This document shows, one piece after another, positions 1-13,179 of a stretch of 64,000 nt of DNA (positions are counted from its first letter, which is position 1; each line of letters begins with the position of its first letter). The DNA comes from the human T2T-CHM13v2.0 reference genome, Homo sapiens. Made by a program: the position numbers and the translations under genes. The stretch lies in the NCBI RefSeq assembly GCF_009914755.1, contig NC_060936.1. The stretch is one strand, 5' to 3'. A model generated the notes under the pieces. The model did no database searches. It was not told where the DNA came from and worked only from the letters and a program-made list of their open reading frames with translations.

Positions 1-2113
1 AAGTGACTCCATGGTATTTCCAAGGATAGGTCGGAAGATGCCTTACCTTCCGCTTCTGGGTCTCTAGAAAACCTTCCTCATTAGATAGTCAGACACTTCA
101 TAAGGGGTCCAATTATCTTGATACAAATGAGGACACCCTAGATGTGGCACTGATTTTCCTGGAGAGACTTCCATGCCTTCATGGTGACTGGACTTGGTTT
201 GTGAAAGTTCTAGCTTTTCTAGTGGGTTCCTAGAAGGCACTGACACACATTTCCTAGGTGCAGCAAAGTTAAAGCCCCATAAGTCACATGTTGACCAGTA
301 AAACACAAGAGACAGTAAGGAACAAGCAGATAAAGATTTGGATCTTCCCTCCTTTAGAAGGGATGTTTCAAAATGCTGTAGCTTTACAGTGCCTCATAGA
401 CATACCCCAAGAGATAACAACTCGCTGTGCTTTTCTAGAATCTATGGTTGACACAGTCCTAAATCTTACTATGTCACCTTTCACACCTACCACTGTTTTC
501 TCACTGTTTTTTTTCTCACTGCTATTTCTCTGATGTGTCCCCTCCAATATAATGCCAGTTCGCAAGTTCTTGCCACAGGCTCTGCTTTTTAGAGAATCCA
601 GTTGAGATGACCAGGAAAGGGACATTGTAAAATACTTTACACTGGTATATGTAAGCATAGCTTTTAGTGAGATAGACTAAAATCTCAGGCATTAGGTGAC
701 TTAAAAATTTCTTAGGGAAATTGTATATTTTCCAGAATAGTTTAGGAGTCTCAGGTTTAGCAAGTTTAAATGACTTAGCTTGATTATGTAGCAGACACCA
801 CATCTCCATTTTGACTCCTGAATATTACCTTGTGTACTCTGGGTTTAATTTATGATACAATAAGCAAAAATACTGTTTGTGTAAGTATGCTAAATTTAGA
901 CCCTGATTTTATTTTCAAGATGATTTTAAATTAAGATGCTGGTTGTATTAAAGCAATCCAAGTTCTTATATAAAAACGACTTGCTGTAAATTAATGAGCT
1001 CTTACTACACTTATTAATGGGAATGCCACATTGCATAAGACAGGTCACTTTTCTCCAGTACATGTAAACATTTTATGAGGCAGAGAAAGTGTCGGTACAG
1101 AGTTGGTACCTCAGCATCTCTAAGGCCAGGGCTGGAAGTCAGGAGAATTAGCTGCAGGTGCTTAGGGTTTAGAACGTGCTGAAGGGACGAAAGGCCAATG
1201 TATTGGCTCCAGGTTAGTTCTTATGATCAACTATTCTTTTTATCTTCCCATAAGACCACCTCTCTTGTTTGTTGCTGAGGATGGGGGGATAAGAGGAGGG
1301 GGCCAAGAAGGAGTAAGGATGTTTCATTTCACATAGGAAACAGAATTCCTCAGACGATGGCCCAGTAGCAATGAGAAAAAGCACATTAGCTTAAGCAGAC
1401 TGAGGAGGGCACCAGGGGTGGGGAATGCGAATTATTCTCATCATTTCAAGCATTAACAGTAAATCAAGACAATGGCCTGTTCAGTGTTTAGACCTGTGCA
1501 ATTTCTGGCCCTTTTCCACACATTTTTCTTTTGTTTATCTCCTGAGAGATGCCCACATGTGTACAATACAAAGAACTGAGTCATAAAAGCAGAGGCCTGT
1601 TAGCCTCCCTGAGGACCAATTAATGGTGCTCCAAATCTTGTGGGCAGGCAGATAAAAAGGATAGAGAGAGTGAAGGGGAAGAGGATGAATACTCAACTAG
1701 AGTAGGGCAGGATTTTTTTTTTTTTTTTTTCAGATGTTAGAAGGGACTTCTTTAGCTATTCTTGTATACTTCTTTGGGGTGTGTGGGTGTTTTTTTCTTT
1801 CTTGTTTTTTCTCCCTCAGCTGCCTCTGTAGTCCCCCTAGTTCTAATGGGAACAGAGAGAAAAGTAGTACTTCAAAATATCAATTAGGCTTTCATCCGAA
1901 CTGATGACAGCACGCAGCTGGTTGGGGAAAAAAAAAGAATTTAAAAGGCCATTTAGAATGTTTCTGTCCCTCCTTTCATATATTGGCAGTTTTATTGATA
2001 GGTGCTTGAGTTTGTATTACCATTTGTATCTCCAAGCTGGAAATGACTGTGAGTGCAAGGAGCTTTGTAGTTCAACCTTTAACTCCAGTCTCACCCCCTA
2101 TGAGTCCACAGGC

Positions 2114-2217
2114 CTTTGAACAGCAACGAAGTGGCACTTTGAAATCAGGAGTTGAAAGTGTTTGACATGGAAAGGGGAGCTTGAAAGTCTTGCTCTTTGA
2201 ACCTTTTCTTTTCAAAG
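2114..2217. promoter_or_regulatory. Candidate enhancer: four TCF/LEF (CTTTGAA) motifs
   Basis: CTTTGAA at 2114, 2137 and 2195, and TTCAAAG at 2211, in non-repetitive DNA. Confidence 0.4.
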
Positions 2218-3164
2218 TCCCACAGAAAGTACAGGCAGGACAATAATGGGCAGGCTGGGGGCTCTGTGGGTGAAGAGAGGATATGTGATAATGAGGTTTT
2301 AAGTGTTTCTTTAGCTCCATTCTACTCTGTTTCCTCTGAGAGAATTAAAGCTGCCTTAAGATAGTACCGTCACTTCATGGTGGTAGTAGTGGAATTTTTC
2401 CTTTTTGCATGTTAACTCATTGCTTAAGGACATTATCAGGAAAAATCTATCCAGCCATTGAAAATTAGAGAGTGGACATCAGAATTCTCTCTTCCCCAGG
2501 GATGTTGGAGAAATGTGTCCTGTGTTCCAAAACTTTCCACAGACTAGGCAGTGGTGATTCCTGAAGCAAATCTGCTGAAGGGAGGATGTGTTGCTTAGCA
2601 TTACTTGTAGAGGGACTTGGTCATTACTGTGGCATTTCCTCTGCTTGACCAAAGACTGGATTAAATTCTAAATCCCCAATTTGTTTCAAAACCTGATTCA
2701 GACCATGGATGAGTATGGTAAAATATAACTTTGGGAAAATTTAGCTCTGTCAACAAAATGAAAACATAAAATTGCAAGGAAAACAGCGCCATATGTATCC
2801 TCTATTAATCGTTATTTGGGTGTGAAGATGCCTCTGACCCACTACCAGCACAGTAATTTTTAAATGTTTTCTAGGAGTGACGCAACCAGTCTTTCATGAA
2901 ATCCTTCTCTTGACCACTGCATGCTCCCTTGATACAAAGTTCATGTTATGGTGATGGGAGGTAGTGAAGCAAGATAGATCACAAAGCAAAGAAATAGGTG
3001 ACATTGTATTTGATGCTTTGAAAATAATAATTTACAATTATCTTTGTTCTGGTGTCTTAAAAAATCAATCATATAAAGTGCACACTTTGAAACATGTTAT
3101 TACCTTTTTTTGGCTTAACATCATATATCTGTGTTAAATTTGATAAAGAAAACAGAAACCAGTA

Positions 3165-3380
3165 TGTTTATTAAGCACCTATTATGTGACAGACACAGTA
3201 CTTTACAAGTTGCTTTACAGATTTTTTTCTATTGATCTTTTCTGTAACTCAGAGATAAAAATGGTTATCCCTGTATTTCAGATGATCAATCTTGAAGTTT
3301 AGAGAGGTTAAGTAGCTAAAGCATGATCACAATTCTTAAAAGCAGGGAAATTAGAATAGATATTCAATCATTCTGACTCA
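3165..3380 (-). mobile_element. MIR SINE
   Basis: Reverse MIR core (gtatttcagatg...agagaggttaagt) and 3' end (tttattaagcacctattatgtg). Confidence 0.7.
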
Positions 3381-4309
3381 TGGTTTTTGAACTGTATGGC
3401 AAGTGAATATTAGTAATTTATTAATAAGAAATATTTAATGTAAAGTCAATGATCAGCATGTATCTAGATCATTTTCTGTAACAATGACAGTTAATGCCAT
3501 TATGATGATAACAGTGAATTGCCTTCTTGAAAGAGAAATTAAAAGACATTTAGTGTAGTTTTAAAGATTTGTGGAATTAAGGATATATCCCAATTCATAA
3601 GTGCCCACCCTTTTAAACATTCTCACCCACCAACAATAACATGTAATTTAGTTCCTGACAAAGATTGAAATTCACTGGATCTGGAAATAGTTGCTTGGAT
3701 TTCTTATATATCTTTAAACCATAATTTACCTCTGTAACCTTATATACCTTTTAAGAATAATTTATCTCTTTATTATAAATATAAAACAAATTTTTCTCAA
3801 AACATGACATCCTGTTGTTCTCGAATACTAATTTTGCTTCATTTTTGTGGCCATTTCCTGAAGAATGAAAAAAAAATTGGACTGGGGTATCAGAACTCTC
3901 TAGGTTACTACAGTTTATTGATTGGATAAAGGGTACATTTTTCCTTGAGCTTTGAAATTCTAAAACACACATTTATTTCCTATCATGAAATGGTGTTTTG
4001 TTTGCATAACTAACACTTACTATATTGTGACTACATAATGCTGGGTTAAAAATAATGACGGTTACTCTAATAAGCATAGATCCTTGTGAAATCCCTTCTG
4101 GCAGTAGAATGCTTCATTCTCTCTGCAGGTTTCTTGGATAACTAATTCGTGGTTCAGTGTTTTCTATTTTCTGACCTGTTTGAAATGAAAATACTTTGTT
4201 ATAGTAAAAATAGTTTTATTATATAGTTTCAGCACAAATATTTACAAACATGTATAACAAATATATCACACAATACTTATATATACATACCTTTGCCAGT
4301 ATATTAAAT

Positions 4310-4535
4310 TAGGAAGAGTCTGGACACAGACTGCTTTGGCATTGAGTCCTGGCTCACCCACTTCATAACTATGCAACTTTAGGCAAGTTATTTAATCTCT
4401 CTGTACCTCTCTTTACTCATCTGCAAAATGGAGATAATTTGTTTAACAAATTCACAGAGAAGTTGTGAGGATTAAATGAGAAAACAAAGAATAGTACCCA
4501 GTACAAAGTAAGCAATCAATACTTTAGCTACTATT
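4310..4535 (+). mobile_element. MIR SINE
   Basis: MIR core ggcaagttatttaatctctctgtacctc...catctgcaaaatggagataat...gtgaggattaaatgag. Confidence 0.85.
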
Positions 4536-4920
4536 GTTATCAAAGGTACCATGTCTTATTAAGTGCTTTAGTTACCCAGTAACCATAGATACCAAAAGTT
4601 TGAATGCCATAAATAACATGATTGTCTTAAATCTGAAATATATTTTTATCTTAGAAACACTGAATAATTTTAGTTATGCTGTTTTTTTATCCGTTATTGT
4701 TATTATCATTGTTACTATCTGTAAATAAAGTAAACAGTTTACTCAGGCCAAGAGCAATTCTGTAAGTAGAATATTGTTAGACACATATATTCTGACTGTA
4801 TTTTATCTTACTATAACAGTGATGAAAAAAAAGCAAATAATAATTTGGCCGATTCCTGGATGAGTACATAATATTCCAAGAAGCTCCTTGATTAGAATTG
4901 CTTTGTGACGTAAATTAAAT

Positions 4921-5000
4921 ACATATATATATATACACACACACACACACAAACACACAAATGTATATTGTCTAAAGATATATATTTATATATACACACA
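4921..5000. repeat. (TA)n(CA)n compound microsatellite
   Basis: Directly visible. Confidence 0.85.
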
Positions 5001-5214
5001 ATGTATTATATATACATATTCAATATGATGAAGTTTAGATGAGCAATATTGAAGCCTATCTATGAAAAAAATCAATTTTTTATTTTCTTCTCAAATGGTA
5101 AAGTTTGAACAATAATATATTAAAGCAGAGGGACAAGTTTGTGAAACAAAACAATGAAAACTGAAGTAAAAGGTCTTTGTGGGTGAAACATTATAACAAA
5201 ATATCTGTTTTGAG

Positions 5215-5356
5215 AAATGATAAAGCTGAGATGATGGACATGCTAACTATCCTTATTTGGTCATTAGGTACTACTGTAAACATGTATTGAAACATCATAC
5301 TATGATTCATAAACATGTACAATTATGATGTGTCAATCATAACAAAAATTTAAAAA
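5215..5356 (+). mobile_element. L1MA-type 3' end fragment
   Basis: gatgatggacatgctaactatccttatttggtcatt...aaacatcatac...tacaattatgatgtgtcaat followed by an A-rich end. Confidence 0.65.
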
Positions 5357-6459
5357 TTCATTGGGAAACATTCTGAAAATTAATTAAAAGTGAATATATG
5401 AGTCTCCCTATAATATAGTTATTTTAGTTTCTTCAGAGTCCTAATAGATAACTAATGATAATTCTCTAACTTTAAAAATTTGTCATGAAATTTTAACAAT
5501 CTGAAACTATGTGTTTATAGACAGCAGCAATTCTTTACACATCATTTCCTTGTCTACATTCTAGATACAAAATGCTTTAAATAGTCACTGCTCAGTCAAA
5601 ATTTCCTCCTAAGTACTTCTTGTTAGTTTTATACAAATTTAAATCACTTATTTTATAAGATATTCAATTCTGAAACAAATTGGAATTTTATGACACTTTA
5701 AAATATTTTATTTAATTAGGAAATACAAAATTTTCTTCTGTTATAATTTTTGTTTACCATTTTTCTATTACTGAAGGATTTAATATTTCTCTTAACTTAG
5801 AAACAAGTTATTCAACCTCATATATTTTTTTGCATAGAGAAATATATATGGGCATAGATATGGATATAAATATTAACATAGATATTAATATAGAATGTTA
5901 TGAAAGTATTTTGACTTTGAAATATTTCTTTTTCTGATTGACTTTGTAAGATACTTAATTTATAAATATGTTTTTTCTTTGTTTTATTATAATATTGTAG
6001 TTTTAAAATAAACAGAACAATTTTTTCTTATAAACAAATCAGCCATTATTTATAGCTAAACTCAAGAAATGGACTTTTTATCAATGAAAAAGATAAAATG
6101 TTATTAAGAAAACAGCACAGAAAATTCTTACCATAGGCAAGTTCCTTTCTACATATTTATTTTTATGACCACCTGTAGGAAAAATCTAAGTAACTAATGC
6201 ATTGATTGAATACCATCTACCTGGCAATCTTTACAGAAAAAGTTTGAGATTAAGTTTGCATTTCACTCTCACTGGATCTCAATTTTTCGATAGGTCAGGT
6301 AAAGTTTCCTAAAATTATGTTTTGTAAAGTAGTTTTGATATTTATAAAACAAAGTAGTCATGGGTTTTTCAATACAATTTTTCTATTTTTGAAATGATAT
6401 TCCTCAGACCAACTCTTAAACATTATAGGGCATAAATGAAATTTTGTACCCATTGAACT

Positions 6460-6750
6460 TATGTACGTACAATGTAGTGCCTGTTGTTAACAATACTGTG
6501 TTGTGGAGTTAAAAAAATTAAGGGGGTGGATCTAATGTTAAATGTTCTTACTACAAAACAAACAAACAAACAAACAAATGAAACGTAGGAGCACAAGAAT
6601 GCTTTTGGAGGGGATAGATATGTTTATTACCTTGGCTGTGGTAATGGTTCTGCAGGCATATACTTATGTCCAAACTTAACAAATTGTGTGCTTTAAATGG
6701 ATGAAGGTTTTTGCATATCAATGATAGTTCAATAAAACTGCTTAATTTTT
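6460..6750 (+). mobile_element. L1MA9/L1MB-type 3' end fragment
   Basis: gttaacaatactgtgttg...ttttggaggggatagatatgtttattaccttg...caataaaactg; internal (CAAA)n. Confidence 0.75.
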
Positions 6751-7444
6751 TTAATGGAAGAAAGAAAATTATAACTTAAAAAGTAAAGTAAAATTTGGTT
6801 TAATAAAATGTGAAAAAAAATTTTAAATACTAGGCATTACCCATAGACCTTGAAACAAATTGAAATTTCATGATATATTCATATAGTTTGTGATTCTTTA
6901 GGTCTTGGATATAGACAAGAAATTGTATAGTTAACCATCTAACTAAGTGATTTTAATGTGTTCCTTAGTTTAAGAAACACATGTCTAAAAGCCATTTTTC
7001 TTCTAAAACATTAACGTTTCTCTATTATAAATTATTTTTAAATGACAAACAATAGAGAACTTAATTAAGTTTTCATTGAGGCTCCCCCACTTTTCTACCT
7101 CCCGGCTTTACATTTCTGATTATTAGGCTGAAAAATAGACTGAGAGTGATGGCAACTCAAACTGGGTAACTTTAAAAAACTCATTTTTAGTGTAAACTGA
7201 AATAAATAACCTTATGAGAAAGAGCTGAAAGACCCTCCAGGAGCTCTCAGGTTTCACAAATAAAATGTAATTGATGAGCTACTAAATGAATATTTTAAAT
7301 AAGTTGATGAATTTATCCATCAATGTATTTTCTTTTGTTTCATAGTTATTGTTATTGCTGTCATAACGATGAGCACTTCACAACAGCTGTCACCACCCGA
7401 TGCAGCAGCAATTGCATGGAATCATAACTTAAAAAATTAACAAC

Positions 7445-7680
7445 CAGATTTCTGAAGTTAGAGTTCTTAGTTTCAAATCTTGTCTGCATCAAAATTGCTC
7501 TGTGACTTTGGGAAAGTTTAACCACTGATTTCTACCTTGAAGAAAAAAATGAGTATAATAATATCTATCTCGTAAAATGGTGGTGAAGATCACATGGGAT
7601 AATGCAAATGAAGTTTGTATCTTATTGCCTGATACATAAAGTATATTCAATAAATATTTGCCATTATGATTACCATTATA
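7445..7680 (+). mobile_element. MIR SINE
   Basis: ctgtgactttgggaaagtt...ggtgaagatcacatgggataatgca...tcaataaatattt. Confidence 0.75.
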
Positions 7681-8003
7681 ATTATACAATTTAGAAAACT
7701 CACAACAAATCCCACTGCTGAATAACTGAAACAGTCATTATTTCATGTAAAAATTATTGCCCACGGAAGGTCCTATCTTCTTCATTGTCCAAAGAATATA
7801 TTACATTAAATATGGCTTTCATTGTAATTATTAAAAATAGTTTATATTTATTCATATCTAGGTTTTCATCAAAGTTATGCATACTACTGAATACTACACT
7901 GAAAGAACCACTAAGTACTACAAGACTTATTACATAGAACAGGAGTCATCTATCCACTTTTCCTCCTAATTTCACAATCTCTAGAGGGAACAGTTTTCAA
8001 CTA

Positions 8004-11000
8004 CACACAGTCCTCACATAGTGTGACAGTGCCTGACCATAAGAGTGACTGTGAAATGGGACATTGTATAAGCTATCTTAATAACCAATAGAAAATGATG
8101 ATGGTTCTGTGACCTTTAAAAATGTTTGTCAAAACATTAAAGACTTTTATCATCAGTGATAAATATATAAGAAAATTAGAAAAGAAAAATAGTGAAGCTA
8201 ATATTTTATTACATATTGTGATTTAACATTTATTTCTTCGTAAAAACTCAAGAGTAGTTGGACAGATGATAAGGAGTGAGCATTTTCTATGCCTTTATAA
8301 ATTGTCATAATCCTTTCTCAAACTGGGTGAGCTTCAAATATTTCACCTTTTGCATTTTCAATATCATGAACTATCTCAAAAGGATCCATCAATGTAAAGT
8401 TTTTATTGGCATCACTTCCTTTGGGAGTCTTCATCCTTTTGTCATAAGTGCTTTTCTCATATATGTCAATAAAATTCTCCACTAAATTTTTCTGGCTGCA
8501 TATCTAGTGTATTATTCTGTTCTCTTGCTGCTAATAAAGTCATACTGGAGACTGGGTAATTTATAAAGGAAAGAGGTTTCACTGGCCCACAGTTCAGCAT
8601 AGATGGGAAGCCCTCAGGAAACTTACAATCAAGGCAGAAGGGGAAGCAAACAAATCCTTCTTCACATGGTGGTAGGAGAGAGAAGTGCCAAGCAAAGGCG
8701 GAAAAGCCCCTTATAAAACCATCAGATCTCATGAGAACTCATTCACTATCATGAGATCAGCAGCATGAGGGTAACCACCCCATAATTCAATTACCTCCCA
8801 CTGAGTCCCTCCCATGACACGTGGGGATTATGGGAACTATATTCAAGATGAGATTTGGGTGGGGACACAGCCAAACCATATCATTCTGCCCCTGCTCCCT
8901 CCCAAATCTCATGTCCTCACATTTCAAAACACAATCATGCCTTTCCAACAGTCCCCCAAAGTCTTACCTCATTCTAGCATTAACCCAAAGTTCAAGTCAA
9001 AAGTCTCATCTGAGACAAGGGAAGTCCCTTCCACCTATAAGCCTGTAAAATCAAAAGCAAGTTAGTTACTTCGTAGATACAATAGGGTTGCAGGCATTGG
9101 TAAATAAACCTGTTCCAAATTGGAGAAATTGGCTAAAACAAAGGGGCTACAGGACCCATGAAAGTCCAAACTCCAATAGGCAGTCATTCAACCTTAAAGT
9201 TCCAAAATGATTTCCTTTGACTTCATGTATCACATCTAGTTATGCTGATGCAATAGGTGGGCTCCCACAGCCTTGGGCATCTCTGCCCCTGTGACTTTGC
9301 AGGGTACAGACTCCTGCCCCAGCTGCATTCACAACTGGCATTGAGTCTCTGCAGCTTTTCCAGGTGCATGGTGCAAGCTGTTGGTGGATCTAACATTCTG
9401 GGGTCTGGAGGACAGTGGCCCTCTTCTCACAGCTCCACTAGGCAGTGCCCTAGTGAGGACTATGTGAGGGGAGCTCTGACCCCACATTTCATTTTCCCTC
9501 TGCACTGCCCTAGCATAGGTTCTCCATGGAGGCTCTGCCCCTACAGCAGAGTTCTACCTGGACATCCAGGCATTTCCATACATTGTCTAAAATCTAGGCA
9601 GAGATTCCCAAACCTCAAGTCTTGCCTTCTGTGCACCCATAGGGCCAATACCATGTGGAAGTTGCTAAGGCTTGGGGATTTCACCCTTTGAAGCAACAGC
9701 CTGAGCTGTCCCTTGGCCCGTTTTAGCCAAGGCTGGAGTGGCTGGGATGCAGGGCACCACTTCCCAAGGAGGAATGCAGCAAGGGTCCCTGGACCTGGCC
9801 CAGGGAACCATTTTTCCCTCCTAGGCCTCTGGGCCTGTGATGGGAGGGGCTGCTGCAAAGGTCTCTGACATGCCCTGGAAACATTTTTCCCATTGTCTTA
9901 ATGATTAACATTCAGCTCCTTGTTACTTATGCAATATTTCTGCAGCTGGCTTGAATTTCTCCCCAGAAAATGGGTTTTTCTTTTCTATTGCATTGTCAGG
10001 CTGTAAATTTTCCAAACTTTTATGCTCTGCTTCCTCTTGAATGCTTTGCCACTTAGAAATTTATTCTGCCAAATACCCTAAATCATTTCTCTCAAGTTCA
10101 AAGTTTTACAGATTTCTAGGGCGAGGGCTAAGTGCTGCCAGTCTCTTTGCATAGCAAGTGTAACTTTTGCTCCAGTTGCCAACAAGTTCCTCATCTCCAT
10201 CTGACAGCACCTCAGCCTGGACTTCATTGTCCATATCACTATCACCATTTTGGTCAAAGCCATTCAACATGTCTCTAGGAAGTTCCAAACTTTCCCACAT
10301 CTTCCTGTCTTCTGAGCCCTCCAAGTCTCTAGGAAGTTCCAAATGTTCCCACATTTTCTTGTCTTCATCTGAGCGCTCCAAACTGTTCCAATCTCTGCCT
10401 GTTACACAGTTCTAAAGTTGCGTCCACATTTTTGGGTATCCTTATAGCGGCACCCCACTCTCTCCTGGTACCAATTCACTGTATTAGTCTGTTCTCATGC
10501 TGCTGAGAAAGACATACCTGAAACTGGGCAATTTATAAAGGAAAGAGGTTTAATTGACTTACAGTTTAGCATGGCTGGGGAGGCCTCAGGAAACTTACAA
10601 TCATGGTAGAAGAGGAAGCAAATGCATCCTTCCTCACATGGTGGCAGGAGAGAGAAGTGTCAAGTAAAGGCAGGGGAGCCCCTTATAAAACCATCAGATC
10701 TTGTGAAAACTCACTATCATGAGAACAGCAGCATGGGAGTAACCACCCCCATGATTCAATTATCTCCCACCAGGTACCTCCCATGACATGTGGGGATTAA
10801 GGAAACTATAATTCAAGATGAAATTTGAGTGGGGACATAGCCAAACCATATCATTTAGAGTCTCTCCAATAGCAACCGTGTTCAACAGAACACAGCGTTC
10901 AGTGAGTGTCAACAGTCTTATAGCCAGCTACTTATTTCTATAATTCATTTGTGTTTTATTCAAATTTCACTTCCAGTTTTATCACTTTCCATTTACTTGT

Positions 11001-11352
11001 GAACTTTCATCTTTGTCAGCCAACTACCTGCTTTTGTCATTCATTCTTGTAAAACCTCATATGGGTTTATCATTAGAAGACAAGACAATTGTGCATAAAC
11101 TAAATAACAGGTATGCAGTGACTAATTAACAGATTTTGAAAGTAGCGATACAATTGGTCACTAATCATGATACACATCTCTGATGTAGTTAATGACTTGT
11201 GGACTGATAAGCTAGCAGTGGAGTTTTTACAGTTTGTATTTACAGCATTTCCATGGCAAAAATCTGAACCATGCTTCGGGGAACTGGTGCTATTTAAACA
11301 GCAGTTACTGAAATTTGCACCTGCTGAAAACCTGCAATGCAAGGACTGCAAT
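8004..11352. mobile_element. TcMar-Tigger non-autonomous DNA transposon (Tigger13a-like), split by THE1C into 8004-8507 and 10854-11352
   Basis: Degenerate terminal inverted repeats (ta|cacacagtcctcacat ... atgcaaggactgca); sequence resumes across the LTR element (ggctgcatatctag|agtctctc). Subfamily is from recalled consensus. Confidence 0.65.
8508..10853 (-). mobile_element. Full-length THE1C (ERVL-MaLR) provirus: 3' LTR 8508-8883, internal 8884-10479, 5' LTR 10480-10853
   Basis: Two direct ~375-bp LTRs (tgtatta...ccaaaccatatca), typical THE1-int sequence, 5-bp TSD tctag (8503-8507) / tttag (10854-10858). Confidence 0.92.
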
Positions 11353-11522
11353 CATTTTGGCTAGACTTTTGGTGGTTACTTCCATGAGTACAAACACAAT
11401 GGCTCTTATCTGTGCATTTTTATGTTTCAGTTTTAGCCATTTTCTTTTGGCCCTCTACTGTAGAAGAGGATAACTATCTTTTACCACCATTTCACTGTTG
11501 CCATTACCTGGCCATACATATA

Positions 11523-12436
11523 TGTGTGCACTGAGAACTCAAAATCCTAAGGCCCCCAATGAACTGAACATATCCCCTCTTAGTCAATGGTAATCCAGGG
11601 TAACCTTAAAAACTGAATTCTTAGTTTTGATGAAACAGGAGGTTGAGAACGCCTCGTTACACCTCCTACCTTTTATGGTTCAGACACAACAGTGGACCAA
11701 TATTGATGTTAAAATGGTGATTATAAGACTGACGAAAAGGATTCTTTGTGGTGATAGATATCACATTATAAACAAGACCTAAGGCCATGCCAGGCAAGGG
11801 GTAAGTCACACACTCCTACATTTGGAGAATAAATTACATTCTAACTGCCACAAGTTTTTTTCTTTTTCTCTAGCAGCTAAACAGCACTGATCTCCAGATA
11901 AGCAATATTGAAACAATCGCAGCTCATCCACCACCAGACACTAATTAACCCCTTTGCTTCACAAGCCATAACTACAACTTTTGACAAGAGACTGAGTTAG
12001 TAACCTCTTCCTGGTAAGAAACCACAGACCATGGGCTGCTTCTAGTCCATTTACAGAGGCTACTGAATGCCTCTACATCCCTGCTTCATCTTTTGACATA
12101 TAGGACCTAATTGTAATACATTTAAATGTTAAGTCTCTGGCCCCAAATGAACATGCAACACATGTAACATGCATGTTTGCTTATCACCCATGTGTGCATC
12201 CCCCCTTAGTAAATATTAATAGCTTCTCCTATAACCTGTTGAAAATGTTTATTAGCCAACACCTTCAGCATAAATTCTTGATTTTCACCTTGTCTACCTC
12301 TAAGTGCCTGCTAAAGGTTTCTGCCAGAGGCAATGCTTCCCTCTTGTTAGGAATGGCCAGCCAGCAGGCTGTAACCCTTTGTAAGAAATAATGCCTCTTC
12401 TCCAAATTAATCAACCTTGTGATTCTCCAGTTGACA
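11523..12436 (+). mobile_element. Solo ERV1 LTR, MER49-like
   Basis: TG...CA ends, ~910 bp, blocks such as gacctaaggccatgccaggcaagg and ctctagcagctaaac match recalled MER49 consensus; TSD not evident. Confidence 0.7.
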
Positions 12437-12509
12437 GGACATACACACAGACACACATTTTCTATCCCCACATCTTCCCATTAAAATATATTATAGTTTG
12501 GATTTTACA

Positions 12510-12885
12510 AATTGATTTAGGCTAGATTTTGCTGCAGCAACAGCTCCAACATTTTCATGGCTGAAAACTGAAAGATTTCACTTTTTGCTCAAGCAAAGCC
12601 CAGTACAGGTCCAGGAACCTCTCCAGGTGTCTCAACAGTTAAGACTGACGGAAGCTCCATAACTCAATATTTGCGTCCTCTGTGTCCTTTTCAGTCAATT
12701 CTGCAGGGAAAAAGAATGCTGAAGGGGCTCACACAGACAATTAATGTCCTCAACTCAGAAATGACATGACTACCTTGTATCCACAATCCACCTGCTAGAA
12801 CTCATCATCAGCCCTTGCCCAACTACAAGGAACCAGGAACTGTGATTTTCCTTTGAGATTAGAAAGCACGTACTGATTACCACTG
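12510..12885 (-). mobile_element. MLT1K/L-like MaLR LTR
   Basis: taggctagattttgctgcagcaac...gactgacggaagctccat...gaaatgacatgactacc...cccaactacaagg. Confidence 0.55.
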
Positions 12886-13179
12886 AGTAACAGAAACCTT
12901 TGCTAGGTAGTTCAGTAGCCAATGTTTATGTTATTTTATGTTATTTGAACTATAGAAATACTGTTCTTGTCACAGAAAAGTACTATGTTATAATTACATT
13001 TTTGTTCCAGAATAGTTTTTTTATTTTTTTCCTTAGGAATTAAAATTGTCTTTCTCCGTTTTTTTTCATTATTTTGTAGGTATTTTCATTAATTTAATGC
13101 TAAACTCTTTAAATTGTCTAAATCCCAATGCTTTCATATTCAACAGTTATCCTTAAAACTTTACCTCATTTGTGAAATC

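Noticed and set aside
1702-2240. Poly(T) at 1713-1730 with partial repeat ggcagga at ~1706 and ~2234, as a possible retrocopy
   Set aside because: Match is only 7 bp and no poly(A) signal lies at the expected distance
9257-10415. ORFs in the THE1 internal region and a ~52-bp tandem duplication at ~10270-10385
   Set aside because: Degenerate MaLR internal sequence; by recall the duplication is a family feature
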